A DNA stretch of 63,354 nucleotides, the filler included, from Octopus bimaculoides (lineage: Eukaryota): the NCBI RefSeq assembly GCF_001194135.2. It is 5 parts of 4 records of this genome, joined end to end, with 100 filler letters (N's around TTAATTAATTAA, not from the genome) between each part and the next. Parts side by side here need not be neighbours in the genome. Positions count along the whole stretch, not along the records: positions 1 to 16,236 come from NC_069002.1; positions 16,337 to 32,980 come from NC_069003.1; 3 more parts are not named here. One strand, written 5' to 3'. The notes below the pieces were generated by a model that saw only the letters and a program-made list of their open reading frames with translations, was not told where the DNA came from and did no database searches. Shown in pieces: positions 13,594 through 25,600 of the stretch (its first letter is position 1; the number at the start of each line of letters is the position of its first letter). The translations under genes were made by a program, and so were the position numbers.

Positions 13594-13965
13594 TTTATAT
13601 ATATACATGTGTATGATACATATGTACATATATAAGTGTCCGTAAATGAGCGTGTGTGTGTAAGTTTATGTGTGTGTGTGTGTGTGTGTAAGATAACGCT
13701 AAATTCTAGGTCAGAGAATCGCGACGGAAAAGAGTTAGCTTTTTAAGTTTGATTCCTAAGAGTACAAACTATTATGAACGAGTGATAAATAATAATTAAT
13801 AATGACTGTCTCATATAGCAGTTCCTCAATATCATTTGTATATTTTCTTCACATAATCTATCTCTGACCAAGGTAATAGCCAGACAAATACATCTCGAAA
13901 AGATATATAACATATACATAGATATATACATACCCATACATAGATACATATGTATGTCCGTGTGT

Positions 13966-14120
13966 GAGTGGCTGTGTGGTAAGGAACTTGGTCACCAGCC
14001 ACATGATCCTGGGTTCAGTTCCACTGTATGGCACCTTGTGCAGGTGTCTTCTACTATAACCTCAAGCTGACAAGAGCTTTGTGAGTGGATTTGATAGATG
14101 GAAACTGATAGAAATCCGTC

Positions 14121-14172
<52 letters not shown>

Positions 14173-14405
14173 GTATGTATGTATGTATGTATCTGTGTCT
14201 GTGTGTCGGTGTCTGTGGTAGTCCCCCACCATTGCTGGACAACCGATGGCGGTGTTGTTTACGTTCCCGTAACTTAGAGGTTCGGCAAAAACAACGGATA
14301 GAATAAGTACTAGGCTTACAAAGAGTAAGTCCTGCGGTCGATTTGTTCGACTAAAGACGGTGCTACAGCATGGCCACAGTCAAATGACTGAAACAAGTAA
14401 AAGCA
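13966..14405 (+). mobile_element. Full-length SINE family B (tRNA head, CORE-like segment, internal microsatellite, LINE-like tail)
   Basis: Head ctgtgtggtaaggaacttg...gggttcagttccactg..ggcaccttgtgcaggtgtcttctactata; (AT)n/(GTAT)n at 14121-14190; tail ending gcatggccacagtcaaatgactgaaacaagtaaaag. Confidence 0.9.
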
Positions 14406-14709
14406 TAAAAAATATATATTTTTTTATATATATATATATATAAATAAAACTATATATGTATGTATGTGTATAAGTATGTATGTATATATGTATGCATGCA
14501 TGTATGTATGTATGTATGTATGTATGCGTGTGTATGTATGTATGTATGTATGTATGTATGCATGTATGAAGCCCTGTGTTAATGTAAGAAATCACATCTA
14601 TTAAGTATCATGCGGTTGTTATTTATTATCTGTTTTCCTGTAGGTTTTCTTCCTTCTTGTACCACTGTTAATGTGTGTCTCTTGTTTTTGTATTCTATAT
14701 ACTCGTGCA

Positions 14710-14783
<74 letters not shown>

Positions 14784-14931
14784 TGCGCGCAAGTGACCGA
14801 CAAAATGGCATATGCGCGCATGTACTGACCGTGAGTTCATAATTAATCAAAATAACATGTTGAAATGCTATCAATTGCATTCTTACTGACGGGTCTCAAT
14901 AGATTAGCACTTCATTCAGTGGGGACACAGC

Positions 14932-14972
<41 letters not shown>

Positions 14973-15153
14973 GCACGCACACACGCAAATATATATATAT
15001 ATGTATATATGTATATTTATGTATGTATATATGAGTATATGTATATATATGTATACATACACACATACACAGATATAAAATAAACAAACGCACATATGTA
15101 TATATATATATATATATATACATACATACATACATATATATTTAAACATATAC

Positions 15154-15205
<52 letters not shown>

Positions 15206-15352
15206 GACACATACATGCACATGTGTGCACTCATATACTTAAACATGCATATTTATATCGATGCACACATATATTCACACACACATACACACATACATAT
15301 AGGTACATGTATAGGTATGTCTATACATATGTGTATTTTGTGTGTATATATA

Positions 15353-15478
<126 letters not shown>

Positions 15479-15577
15479 TATATACAGACACACATGCACT
15501 TACATATATTTATATGCACACATATGTGTATATAATCTATATGTACATATGCGCATATATTCATACATATGTGTGTG

Positions 15578-15632
<55 letters not shown>

Positions 15633-16134
15633 ATGTTTGTGCGTGTGTGTGGGTGTGTGAATGTGTGTCTGTACACATTTAAGCCACGAAATAGTGCTGA
15701 ATGATATATAATATATACGTAAATAAGCCTTTTGCTGAAATAAAGTAAAAGAATGTGAAAAAAAAACACATTTGTTTAAGCCAATAAAAGAAAAAACAAA
15801 TATGCACCCAAGAAAAACAAAAACACCAACAGATATAAAAGAAGAAATTTACAAATAGGTAGAAAACTACACATAACGATTACAAGAAAAACCAGGATGG
15901 AGACGTAAACCAGAATTAATAGGTTACTGAATAAAGTAGATACCACCAGGGCAAAGATATAATTAAACATATAAATTCCATATGATTGATATATAATGCG
16001 AGTTGTTGTTCTTCTTGTCATTGTTGCTACTGTGTGATGTTTAATGCCGGAAATCGTGTATGTCATATATTATTGTGTGTGTATGTGTGTGTATGTGTGT
16101 GTGCATGTATGTGCATGTGTGTGTATATGTGCAT

Positions 16135-16179
<45 letters not shown>

Positions 16180-16236
16180 TGAGGGGTTAGGAAGTGAAAG
16201 TAACGTGATGTGGTGATGTACGCATATATATATATA

Positions 16237-16336
16237 NNNNNNNNNNNNNNNNNNNNNNNNNNNNNNNNNNNNNNNNNNNNTTAATTAATTAANNNNNNNN
16301 NNNNNNNNNNNNNNNNNNNNNNNNNNNNNNNNNNNN
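16237..16336. other. Artificial scaffold join: 44 N + TTAATTAATTAA + 44 N (also at 32981-33080, 51643-51742, 61628-61727)
   Basis: Four identical 100-bp constructs with a six-frame-stop 12-mer centred in Ns. Confidence 0.97.
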
Positions 16337-16589
16337 GCTGTTATGTTAAACTGTCATGTGTCCAAATTTGGCCAAATGCGTCCTTTTCAATATCTACTTT
16401 TGCTTGCAATAGCCGGTTCTTTTTGGTCAAACTATCGTATCTCCAGCTGGTTCAGATGCCAATATATCAAAAATTGTCAAAGTGTAGTTCAACGGTTTTG
16501 CCATGGAACGGTGAAACTATTTTCTCGCTTTCTGAATAAGCAACGTTTTGGACTTACAACACTTTTGCATAATAGCAACAATATATATA

Positions 16590-16880
16590 TGATGGTGTGA
16601 AAAATATGGCCAAGACTCTGTAGAATGTGAAACTCGTGTATTGACTCCTGTAGGCTATGACACATGTATAGAAGTGTGAAGACTCACGGAGCACTGTATA
16701 GATGTATGTAGATTGTAAAGAGCGACCTGGATGTATAATAAGTGTGTCGTGAGTAAGACGGGTGAATAACAGTCTATTGAATCTGATACCTTTGTATAGA
16801 AAGGTGTAGAGTTCAGCGCGTGCGTATAATATGTATATAGAGGTGAACAACCGCATGTAGAGTGTAACATATGTGTATGA
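16590..16880. repeat. Decayed ~30-bp minisatellite (consensus roughly gtgtagaatgtgaaacaggtgtatacagga); further blocks at 18105-18480, 18590-18790, 21300-21520, 21720-21800
   Basis: Recurrent tgtagaat / gtgtata(g/c)a motifs at ~30-bp spacing, always on the same strand. Confidence 0.65.
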
Positions 16881-17344
16881 AAGCGGAAATCTTTTACTTG
16901 CTTTAGTCATTGGACTGCGGCCATGCTGGGACACTGCCTTGAAGAGTGTCAGTCGAATGAATGGACACCGGTAATTATATTTTTATTTTTTTGTTTTTTA
17001 TAAGTCTGGTATTCTTTCTATCGGTCATTTTCACCGAACTGCTATGTTATGTGGGTCGGTGGTCAGACTGTGGTGGGGACAAACACACCACCCACCCTCC
17101 CACACACATATATATGTATATATATATACATATGTATATATACATATATGTATATATGTATATATATGCATGTATTCATATGTGCGTGTGTGTGTGTGTG
17201 TCTGTATATATATATATATATGTGTGTATGGTCAGTGCCAACGCACGAAACTCTCAGACCTTGGGTCACTCTGTTACTTCGGCTAAATTTTGATAAAAAT
17301 ATACATATACTCATATCTGAGTTTTCCTGTTTGCAACAACACAC

Positions 17345-17376
<32 letters not shown>

Positions 17377-17772
17377 NNNNNNNNNNNNNNNNNNNNNNNN
17401 NNNNNNNNNNNNNNNNNNNNNNNNNNNNNNNNNNNNNNNNNNNNNNNNNNNNNNNNNNNNNNNNNNNNNNNNNNNNNNNNNNNNNNNNNNNNNNNNNNNN
17501 NNNNNNNNNNNNNNNNNNNNNNNNNNNNNNNNNNNNNNNNNNNNNNNNNNNNNNNNNNNNNNNNNNNNNNNNNNNNNNNNNNNNNNNNNNNNNNNNNNNN
17601 NNNNNNNNNNNNNNNNNNNNNNNNNNNNNNNNNNNNNNNNNNNNNNNNNNNNNNNNNNNNNNNNNNNNNNNNNNNNNNNNNNNNNNNNNNNNNNNNNNNN
17701 NNNNNNNNNNNNNNNNNNNNNNNNNNNNNNNNNNNNNNNNNNNNNNNNNNNNNNNNNNNNNNNNNNNNNNNN

Positions 17773-17816
<44 letters not shown>

Positions 17817-17903
17817 ACTGAAACATATATATATGTATACAGAAAAACATATAGATATATAAGTATATCCATACATACACATATATTTTTTACCTTCTTC
17901 TTC

Positions 17904-17929
<26 letters not shown>

Positions 17930-17940
<11 letters not shown>

Positions 17941-18095
17941 TAGTCTTCTAGACAGTTTACGTCTATCAAATCCACTCACAAAAATTTTGTCGGGCCCGTG
18001 GCTATAGTAAAAGACATTTTCCCAAGGTGCTGTGAGGTGGGACTGAACTTGAATCCACGAAGTTACAAGGGAGACTCTTAACCACACAGCCGTGT
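17930..18095 (-). mobile_element. SINE family B head
   Basis: Reverse complement gctgtgtggttaagagtctcccttgtaacttcgtggattcaagttcagtcccacctcacagcaccttgggaaaatgtcttttactatagc. Confidence 0.8.
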
Positions 18096-18492
18096 AAAAT
18101 GCATGCACGAAAATATGTAGAGTATAACGCAGGTATGTAAAAATGTGTAGAATTTAGCATGTGTATATAAAAATGTATAGTGTAACAATACAGAATGTAG
18201 AACGTGAAACAAGTGTATACGAGGGTGTATAATGTGAAACAGCTATATAGACGTATTTAGAATGTGGAAAATATATGTATGACGTGTGTAGAGTAGCGGA
18301 GATATTTATACAGGGGTGTAGAATGTGAAGTGGTTGTACGGGAATGTGTAGAGTGTAAAATAATTGAAATAAAAGTGTGTAGTCTGGAATACAAGTGTAT
18401 AGAATTTAGTAGGTACGAGTCACGTTTTGAGCAGTAGAAAAAATGTGAAGCAGTTATAATACAAGTGTATAACACGTGATGCAAGCGTTTGA

Positions 18493-18588
<96 letters not shown>

Positions 18589-19602
18589 TAAGAATATATT
18601 GAGCGTGTGGAATTACGAGAGAACTGTATAAATATGTTCTAGAGCGAAATACAGGTGTATACAGGTGTATGGTGGTATGAGTGTGTAGAATTAGATTCAG
18701 GACTGTTCAAGGGTGTAGAATATGAGTTAGCAGCTGTAAGAACGATGAAAACTGCTATGTAGAGGACGATGTAGGGTTGTATGTACAGGGGGGGGGGGGN
18801 NNNNNNNNNNNNNNNNNNNNNNNNNNNNNNNNNNNNNNNNNNNNNNNNNNNNNNNNNNNNNNNNNNNNNNNNNNNNNNNNNNNNNNNNNNNNNNNNNNNN
18901 NNNNNNNNNNNNNNNNNNNNNNNNNNNNNNNNNNNNNNNNNNNNNNNNNNNNNNNNNNNNNNNNNNNNNNNNNNNNNNNNNNNNNNNNNNNNNNNNNNNN
19001 NNNNNNNNNNNNNNNNNNNNNNNNNNNNNNNNNNNNNNNNNNNNNNNNNNNNNNNNNNNNNNNNNNNNNNNNNNNNNNNNNNNNNNNNNNNNNNNNNNNN
19101 NNNNNNNNNNNNNNNNNNNNNNNNNNNNNNNNNATGTGTGTATGTGTATATGTGTGTATGTTTGTATGTATGTATGAATGTGTACGTATGTCTGAATGTG
19201 TGTATGTATGTGTGCTTGTATGTTTATGTGTGTATGTATGTGTGCTTGTATGTTTATGTGTGTATGTATGCATATATGTATGTGTATGGATGTGCGTGTA
19301 TGTATGTATGTAAGTGTGTATGTATGTGTGTGTAAGAAGTTCACTTTCCAACCACGTGGTTTCAGGTTCGTTCTCACAGCGCAGCACCTTGGGCTAGTGT
19401 CTTCTGCAACTGCGGGGCAACTAATACCATCTCAGTGAATTTGATAGGTGGAAAATATGTAGGAACCCCCTACTTGTGCGCGCCCGAGCAATTCTGTGTG
19501 TGTAGGTGTTTCTTTTTGTTTGCACGCGTGTGTGTGTGTGAGTCTATACACATATGTATATGATAAATGTATATATGTATACATATACACACCCACACCC
19601 AT

Positions 19603-19689
<87 letters not shown>

Positions 19690-19796
19690 ATACATACATA
19701 CACACACACACATATATTGTGAAGCGATTGTGAGGGGACAAACTCAGACACACAAATACATACACACACACACACATATATATGTANNNNNNNNNN

Positions 19797-19834
<38 letters not shown>

Positions 19835-19838
<4 letters not shown>

Positions 19839-19965
19839 GGGCTTCTTTCAGTTTCCGTTTACCAAATACATCCACAAGACACTTGCCCAAGGTACCACGT
19901 TGTGGGAGTGAACCCGGAACCATATGATTGGGAAGCAAGCTTCTAACCACACAGCCTTGGCCTGC
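19835..19965 (-). mobile_element. SINE family B head
   Basis: Reverse complement ggctgtgtggttagaagcttgcttcccaatcatatggttccgggttcactcccacaacgtggtaccttgggcaagtgtc. Confidence 0.85.
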
Positions 19966-20122
19966 GAATATATATGTATGTATGTGTGTGAGTATATATA
20001 TGTACATATATATACGTATGTACGTATGCATAATTATGTTTAAACATGCATATATATCTATATACATATATATACTTATATTTATATATATATATTTCGT
20101 AAATGGCATATAAGTTACATAC

Positions 20123-20289
20123 CGTGAATGTCAGGTGATTAAATACTCCGGGTAATAGAAGATGAGTACAGAATTTGATGGAAGCTAGTTGTAGGTGAAC
20201 GCCATCTTCTGTCGATGCTACATGCAGAATCGGTTGTAAAGCCACATGTACAATAGCATGAATCCATGACCAGACTAACGCCAGCGATA
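20123..20289 (-). CDS. Candidate 167-nt internal exon, hydrophobic peptide [55 protein letters not shown]
   Basis: A complex-sequence island between microsatellites, closely bounded by acceptor tttttgttgctatttcag and donor ACG|gtatgt; only one of six frames is open across it. No family recognised. Confidence 0.5.
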
Positions 20290-20389
20290 CTGAAATAGCA
20301 ACAAAAAGTCTCATGTAAATACGGTAATAATATATAACGTGTGTGTGTGATTGTGTACGTGCATATTGTGTGTTTATGTATGTATATAT

Positions 20390-20475
<86 letters not shown>

Positions 20476-20738
20476 ACACAAACGTATATATATAAACATG
20501 AATACATACATATCTGTATACATACATATATATGTGTGTGTATATATATATATGTGTGTGCATATATGTACATATATGCATATACTTACATGTGTATATG
20601 CGTATGTTTGTATAAATGTGCAAATGCATATGAATGTGCATAAAGGGTGAGATAGAAAAAAATGCGTCGATATTGATACATCTGTCTCTCATATATGTGT
20701 ATACAGCAAGATGGGAGGGGGAAATATATGTATATATG

Positions 20739-20786
<48 letters not shown>

Positions 20787-20896
20787 TGTGTGCGTGTGTG
20801 TGTGTTTGTGTGTATCTATATTCGCGTGTGTATGTGTGTGTGTGTGTNNNNNNNNNNNNNNNNNNNNNNNNNNNNNATATATATATATATTTATAC

Positions 20897-20933
<37 letters not shown>

Positions 20934-20943
20934 CCTATATATA

Positions 20944-20977
<34 letters not shown>

Positions 20978-21079
20978 AATGAATGTATGAATGGATGGGT
21001 GGGTGAGTGGATGGATTGATGGATAGATTGATGGATGGATGGATATATATATAAACATACATATATTTATATATACATG

Positions 21080-21111
<32 letters not shown>

Positions 21112-21120
21112 CACATACAT

Positions 21121-21178
<58 letters not shown>

Positions 21179-22022
21179 GACAGTTTTCGTCTGTCCTATG
21201 TGTCAATATGATACCTTTCATCTTCCTAGCCGCCATTATTCACATCTTCTTTCATATATATTTTTTTTCTTCTTATTTTTAATACCATATATTGTCTCAT
21301 ATGTGTATACAGGTATGTAGAACGTACCATAGGTGAACAGATGTGTATAGAACTGCTTACAATACGTCAAGGGTATATAGAGTCGTGCAAAACGTGTCAT
21401 AGCTGTATAGAACTGTGAAGAATTTATAATGGGCGTCGATAGGTGTGCCTTGATGTTTAGATTGTCATAGCAGTGCACACAATGTGTCATACGTTTAGAG
21501 TGTGTCATAGGCGTATAATGAGTAATCTCCCTTGATAAGGTCTCCGTTTTAGAAAGGCATTCCCCATGTAAAGTCTCCCTTTGGTGTGACTCATGGATTG
21601 CCACTGTAGTAAGCGGTACACCAAGACATCGGATTTTCTATAGGCAGACGACAGCCTCGATCTGAATGCTTGCAGTTTTTACCTGTGTTGTATAACGGAG
21701 TGTCCAATGCTTCGAAGCTGTGTGAACGTATTTACGGTGTCATATGAATATAGAGGTGTGTAGAATATGATATACATGTATACAAGTGAGTAGAATCCGG
21801 AACAAAAGCTAAGCTAGGATAGGGTTACCTTATAAGACATATAAGAAAGAGAAGAGACTCTCAACTAATTGATAGCCAATCCGTAATGGAGACGTTACAG
21901 CCATTTGGTGTACATGCGTTCTGGCTCGCTATAACAATGGAGTTTATTTCAACGGGCATGACTCGGGAAAGGTCTTTATCCATTAATCTTATAAGTAGGT
22001 GATCCAGATCTCAACATCTCAC

Positions 22023-22065
22023 CCCAACCTTGAACGGAACGCCGGTCCGTCACGTGAATCAAGGT
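22023..22065 (-). CDS. Candidate 43-nt exon (TLIHVTDRRSVQGW)
   Basis: Acceptor aaatttcag, donor GGG|gtgaga; phase-compatible with 20123-20289. Confidence 0.25.
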
Positions 22066-22227
22066 CTGAAATTTTTTTGAAGAAAAGAGCCAGTCCATTC
22101 CATCAACCCCCAGTACACAACGGCTTTTTTATCGACCTCAAAGTACGGAACGCATTGAAGGCTTAGTGTTGTTTTCGTATTTGATGATGATGATGATGAT
22201 GATGGCGACGACAACGACGACGACGAC

Positions 22228-22269
<42 letters not shown>

Positions 22270-22889
22270 AATTATCCCAAGTCGGACTTGATCAAACGTA
22301 TATCCAACCGTTATCATCCTTTCTTTTTTTAAGGGTGTGGCTAGGGTATGACTATATTTTGATACATCCTTTAAAATCATTCCAGTAATCGTTTAAAGAT
22401 CTTGGCGGAACGAAACGAAACGAAACGAAAGGCCGATGGCTGTCATTGAGAAAGTCTAATTCGGTGGTAACAAGTAAAACAAAATGGCGGCTGGAACAGC
22501 GTGATACAGGAAGCTGAATATGAAGACGTTAACAGAGTGAAAATAGACAGTAGCAAATAGACTGCAAACTGAAAGCGGTCTGTGTTTGTGATGGTGAGTG
22601 AGGGCGCTAAGAATGTGGCCCGAGTGCCAAGGGGGTAGCAGCTTGAAAAGGTTTAGGAACTACTGCGGTATAGTGCGATTTGAGGGATGTTTAGCTCTTA
22701 TTTTTTGTGAATTGTGGAACAACGTAACTGTGCAGTATGGTGGAAAGCTGTTGTAGAAAACACTGACACAGTAAATAGCGGCCGCGTGAAAGTGGAAATA
22801 TATCAAAAAGCGGTGGAAAATGTGGTATGATAGAAAGTGCGATGTAGACATCGTAATGCGAACGTCACCATCTCTCGTCCCGCCTTATG

Positions 22890-23320
22890 CGATGATGTAA
22901 CACGGCGTGATGGTATGTTGTGATGTAATACGGTGTAATACGGATGGTGTGGCGTGACTTAATGGATGTAATACAATGTAATGGACACACTGTGGTGTTA
23001 TGTAGTGGTGCATTGCTGTGTGACATAGAGAAGTAACGCAGTGTAGTATGTGTTGTGAGATGATGTAACGCAGCGTAAAGTCGACAGTGTTACGTGCATA
23101 GGGAACAAGGTGTAGTTTTAGGAAGTGATGTAACACAGGGCAATGTTGATGTAGAGTTATGTAGAGACGTAACACGTTGGGATGTAGACGGTATGTTGTT
23201 TTGTGATGATGTAACACAGAGTAACAATGATGTAACGCAATGCACTGTAGACAGTGTTACGTGCATAGGAAACACCGTGTAGTTTTAGGAAGTGATGTAA
23301 CACAAGGCAATGTTGATACC
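22890..23320. repeat. Decayed gatgtaacac-type minisatellite with a 167-bp higher-order repeat
   Basis: Repeated gatgtaac(a/g)c motifs; a ~68-bp block at 23083 recurs almost exactly at 23250. Confidence 0.8.
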
Positions 23321-23456
23321 GTTGAATGATGTTAATAAATGGGTTAGGGTTACAGGAGTTGTTCTCATTGTTGCCTTTGACTCTGTTTTATATTTGCAGA
23401 TCAGATCTAATGGAAAACATCTGTGATCAAAGTTCTTTCAAGGATGACCATCGCAA

Positions 23457-23814
23457 ATTATTATCATTTTATGTTTGACTTTTGCTTTGCATTTGTACAA
23501 GTTGGCTCCAAGTCTCACCCAGAGACCTCAAGAGACAACAAGTTAGAAGTTCATGTTGGTATTATGCCTAGGGTGCCATGTATTTGGTTTTGTACATAGT
23601 GTTGTTCTAGAGAATGTTTAAGAAACCAAAAGAAAATTATGCGGTTGTTTTAAAATTTGAGATTACATAGACAGTATTTTACGTAGGATATGAGCAGTTC
23701 CCATGAGCACTGTCTTTTGAATTCCTGCCATTTTCGGGCTTCCTGGCATTTGCGCTAGGTAACAATCAGCCCCTTTTGCTATCATTCCTAGGACACCTAT
23801 GACAACAGGTATTG

Positions 23815-23818
<4 letters not shown>
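23457..23818 (-). mobile_element. R4/Dong-like non-LTR retrotransposon, 5'-truncated 3' end, adjoining (AAT)n
   Basis: KTIPVVIGVLGMIAKGADCYLAQMPGSPKMAGIQKTVLMGTAHILRKILSM* is the typical C-terminus of restriction-like-endonuclease LINEs; the 3' UTR matches 45199-45360; (AAT)n at the 5' junction and aatgataataat at the 3' end. Confidence 0.85.
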
Positions 23819-23860
<42 letters not shown>

Positions 23861-23926
23861 GTCATAATTATTGTAAATCGGATACTTCTCACGTCCGTGT
23901 GTCTTTCCAGTTTTAAGACGGTGGAG

Positions 23927-24228
23927 CAATGGTTCTCAAAGTGGGTGGAACTGTCCCTTTGGAGGGGTGGAAAAAATCCAGGTGGGAGGTTGAAGAAAAG
24001 TGGGGACGATAATGGGATGACCAAAATGGGGTCAATGAATGTAAAAAAGAAAAGAATAATCCAAATGAAGGGTCGATTGGGTTAAGTTTTATTTGTGAAA
24101 TACAGATCTTTTCAATTTGCTGCAGAAAGTGGTCTGTGTTTGTGATGGTAAGAGAAGGGCAGTAGGAATGTGGCCCGAGTGGCCCGAGTGCTAAGAGGCA
24201 GCAGCTTGAAAAAGTTTGGGAATCACTG
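23927..24228 (+). mobile_element. hAT-like MITE
   Basis: Termini CAATGGTTCTCAAAGT...AGTTTGGGAATCACTG; TSD degenerate. Confidence 0.65.
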
Positions 24229-24507
24229 AGGTAATGTGTGATTTAAGGGCGATTTGGCTACTACTTCTTGCGAGTGGTGTGACCATGTAAGTGAGTAGTA
24301 TGGTGGAAAGCTGGGGGAGAAAACATTGACACAGTAAATGGTGGCTGTGTGAATGGTGAAATATTTTTAAAAATTTGTAGAATATAGTTTGACAGAAAGT
24401 GTAATGTAAAACACCGCGATGCAGACGTCGTCAGTTCTCATTTCTCCCTAATATTTCCAAACCACGCAGTATCTGCTCGCATCATGTGTTAAACCTAAAA
24501 AGCAAAG

Positions 24508-24908
24508 GTAAAGGATACCTTCTCGAGTCACACTGACTCATAAGGGCCGGTTCCCTGCTACAGTATAGGGTAAAGACCCCTTTCGGTCATGCATGACCAT
24601 GAGATTGCACCTAGAAAGTTCCCCTTCGAGGTACAGGTTTGGATAAGGTTGCTATGGAAGACCAGCAGTCGCCCAAGAATGCCAGCTTCTTTTCTCCATG
24701 CCACTGATGTTATCCAAGAGAAAAGCAAAGGGGCCGGATACAGCTTGGCACCTGTGACGTCGCAACTCATTTCTACAGCTGAGTGAAACTGGAGCAACGT
24801 GAAATAAAGTGTCTTGCTCAAAATACAACACACAGCCCAGTCCGGGAATTGAACTCACTACTTCATGATTATGAGCTTGACGCTCTAACCACTAAGCCAC
24901 GTGCCTTC
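24508..24908 (-). mobile_element. tRNA-derived SINE with CORE-like body and RTE-like tail
   Basis: Reverse complement begins gaaggcacgtggcttagtggttagagcg...gagttcaattcccggactggg...ttgagcaagacactttatttcacgttgctccag and ends in (ccttt)-type repeats. Confidence 0.8.
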
Positions 24909-25096
24909 CTGGATGTGATATAAAGAGGCATTAAAATACAAGCAGCAGTTTTGGAGTCATGAGGGGCAGTGTAGAATTCACAGTGTGGTGTTCATCGTGG
25001 GGTAGTCAGTTTGGTGTAAAACTCTAAGACTAATAGTGTAAAATTAAGAGGACAGTATATGAGACATGATGTTGCACAAAGTAGAGGACCGATACG

Positions 25097-25600
25097 TTAT
25101 TTTCTTAAGCCATTCGCTCTCTGTGGAACCTAAACCATCGACGGCTTTTCTCCACTGTTCTCGACTCAGTGCTGTCAGGGCCACTCTTTTAGTATGGGGT
25201 GAGGTGTTTCGTTGAGCAAAAAATCCTTCCTCTCCCAGATCTGGTTAGCTTTGAATTTGATCTTTCTGTAATTTTGCTGTTTTTTCTAAGTAGGAGTGTT
25301 GGCCCCAAGCAAGCCTATTTTTATCTCTGAGAAGTGGTCCATATTTTTGTTGCCTCTATCTTTTGACCAGTCAAGTATGGGAACCCTACCAGGAGCTTGC
25401 ACATCGCTTCAAAAATTGCTGGCTCAGTGACAAAATTTGAAACTATTCCTGCAGCATTTATATCATCTATCTCGGAGAGTTATCGAGGTCCGTGGGCTCG
25501 GCCTTGCCCCTAGGCCGAACGAAGAAAACTGGCCAAAAAGACCGATAGCTCTCAGGGTCATTAAGACACTCAAGCCAGCACAATGCAATAAGGACTGGAC
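25097..25600 (-). mobile_element. Internally deleted RTE-clade LINE derivative (5' UTR joined to 3' end)
   Basis: aatgaccctgagagctat...ctcctggtagggttcccata...aaaaacagcaaaattacagaaa resembles RTE/Rex3 5' UTRs; followed by ALSREQWRKAVDGLGSTESEWLKK, resembling the RTE C-terminal AQDRxxWRxxVxGLCS motif. Confidence 0.6.

Noticed and set aside
15776-16066. Hydrophobic ORF (also 49449-49865)
   Set aside because: Explained by T-rich composition on that strand; no splice or motif support.
16281-16292. Recurrent TTAATTAATTAA motif (four times)
   Set aside because: Always centred in 44 N + 44 N: an assembly spacer, not biology. Contiguity across these joins is unproven.
21530-21690. Minus-strand peptide KNCKHSDRGCRLPIENPMSWCTAY, plus KWEYC at 11.5 kb, suggesting a kringle
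   Set aside because: Cysteine spacing and the NYCRNP motif are absent, and there is an in-frame stop.
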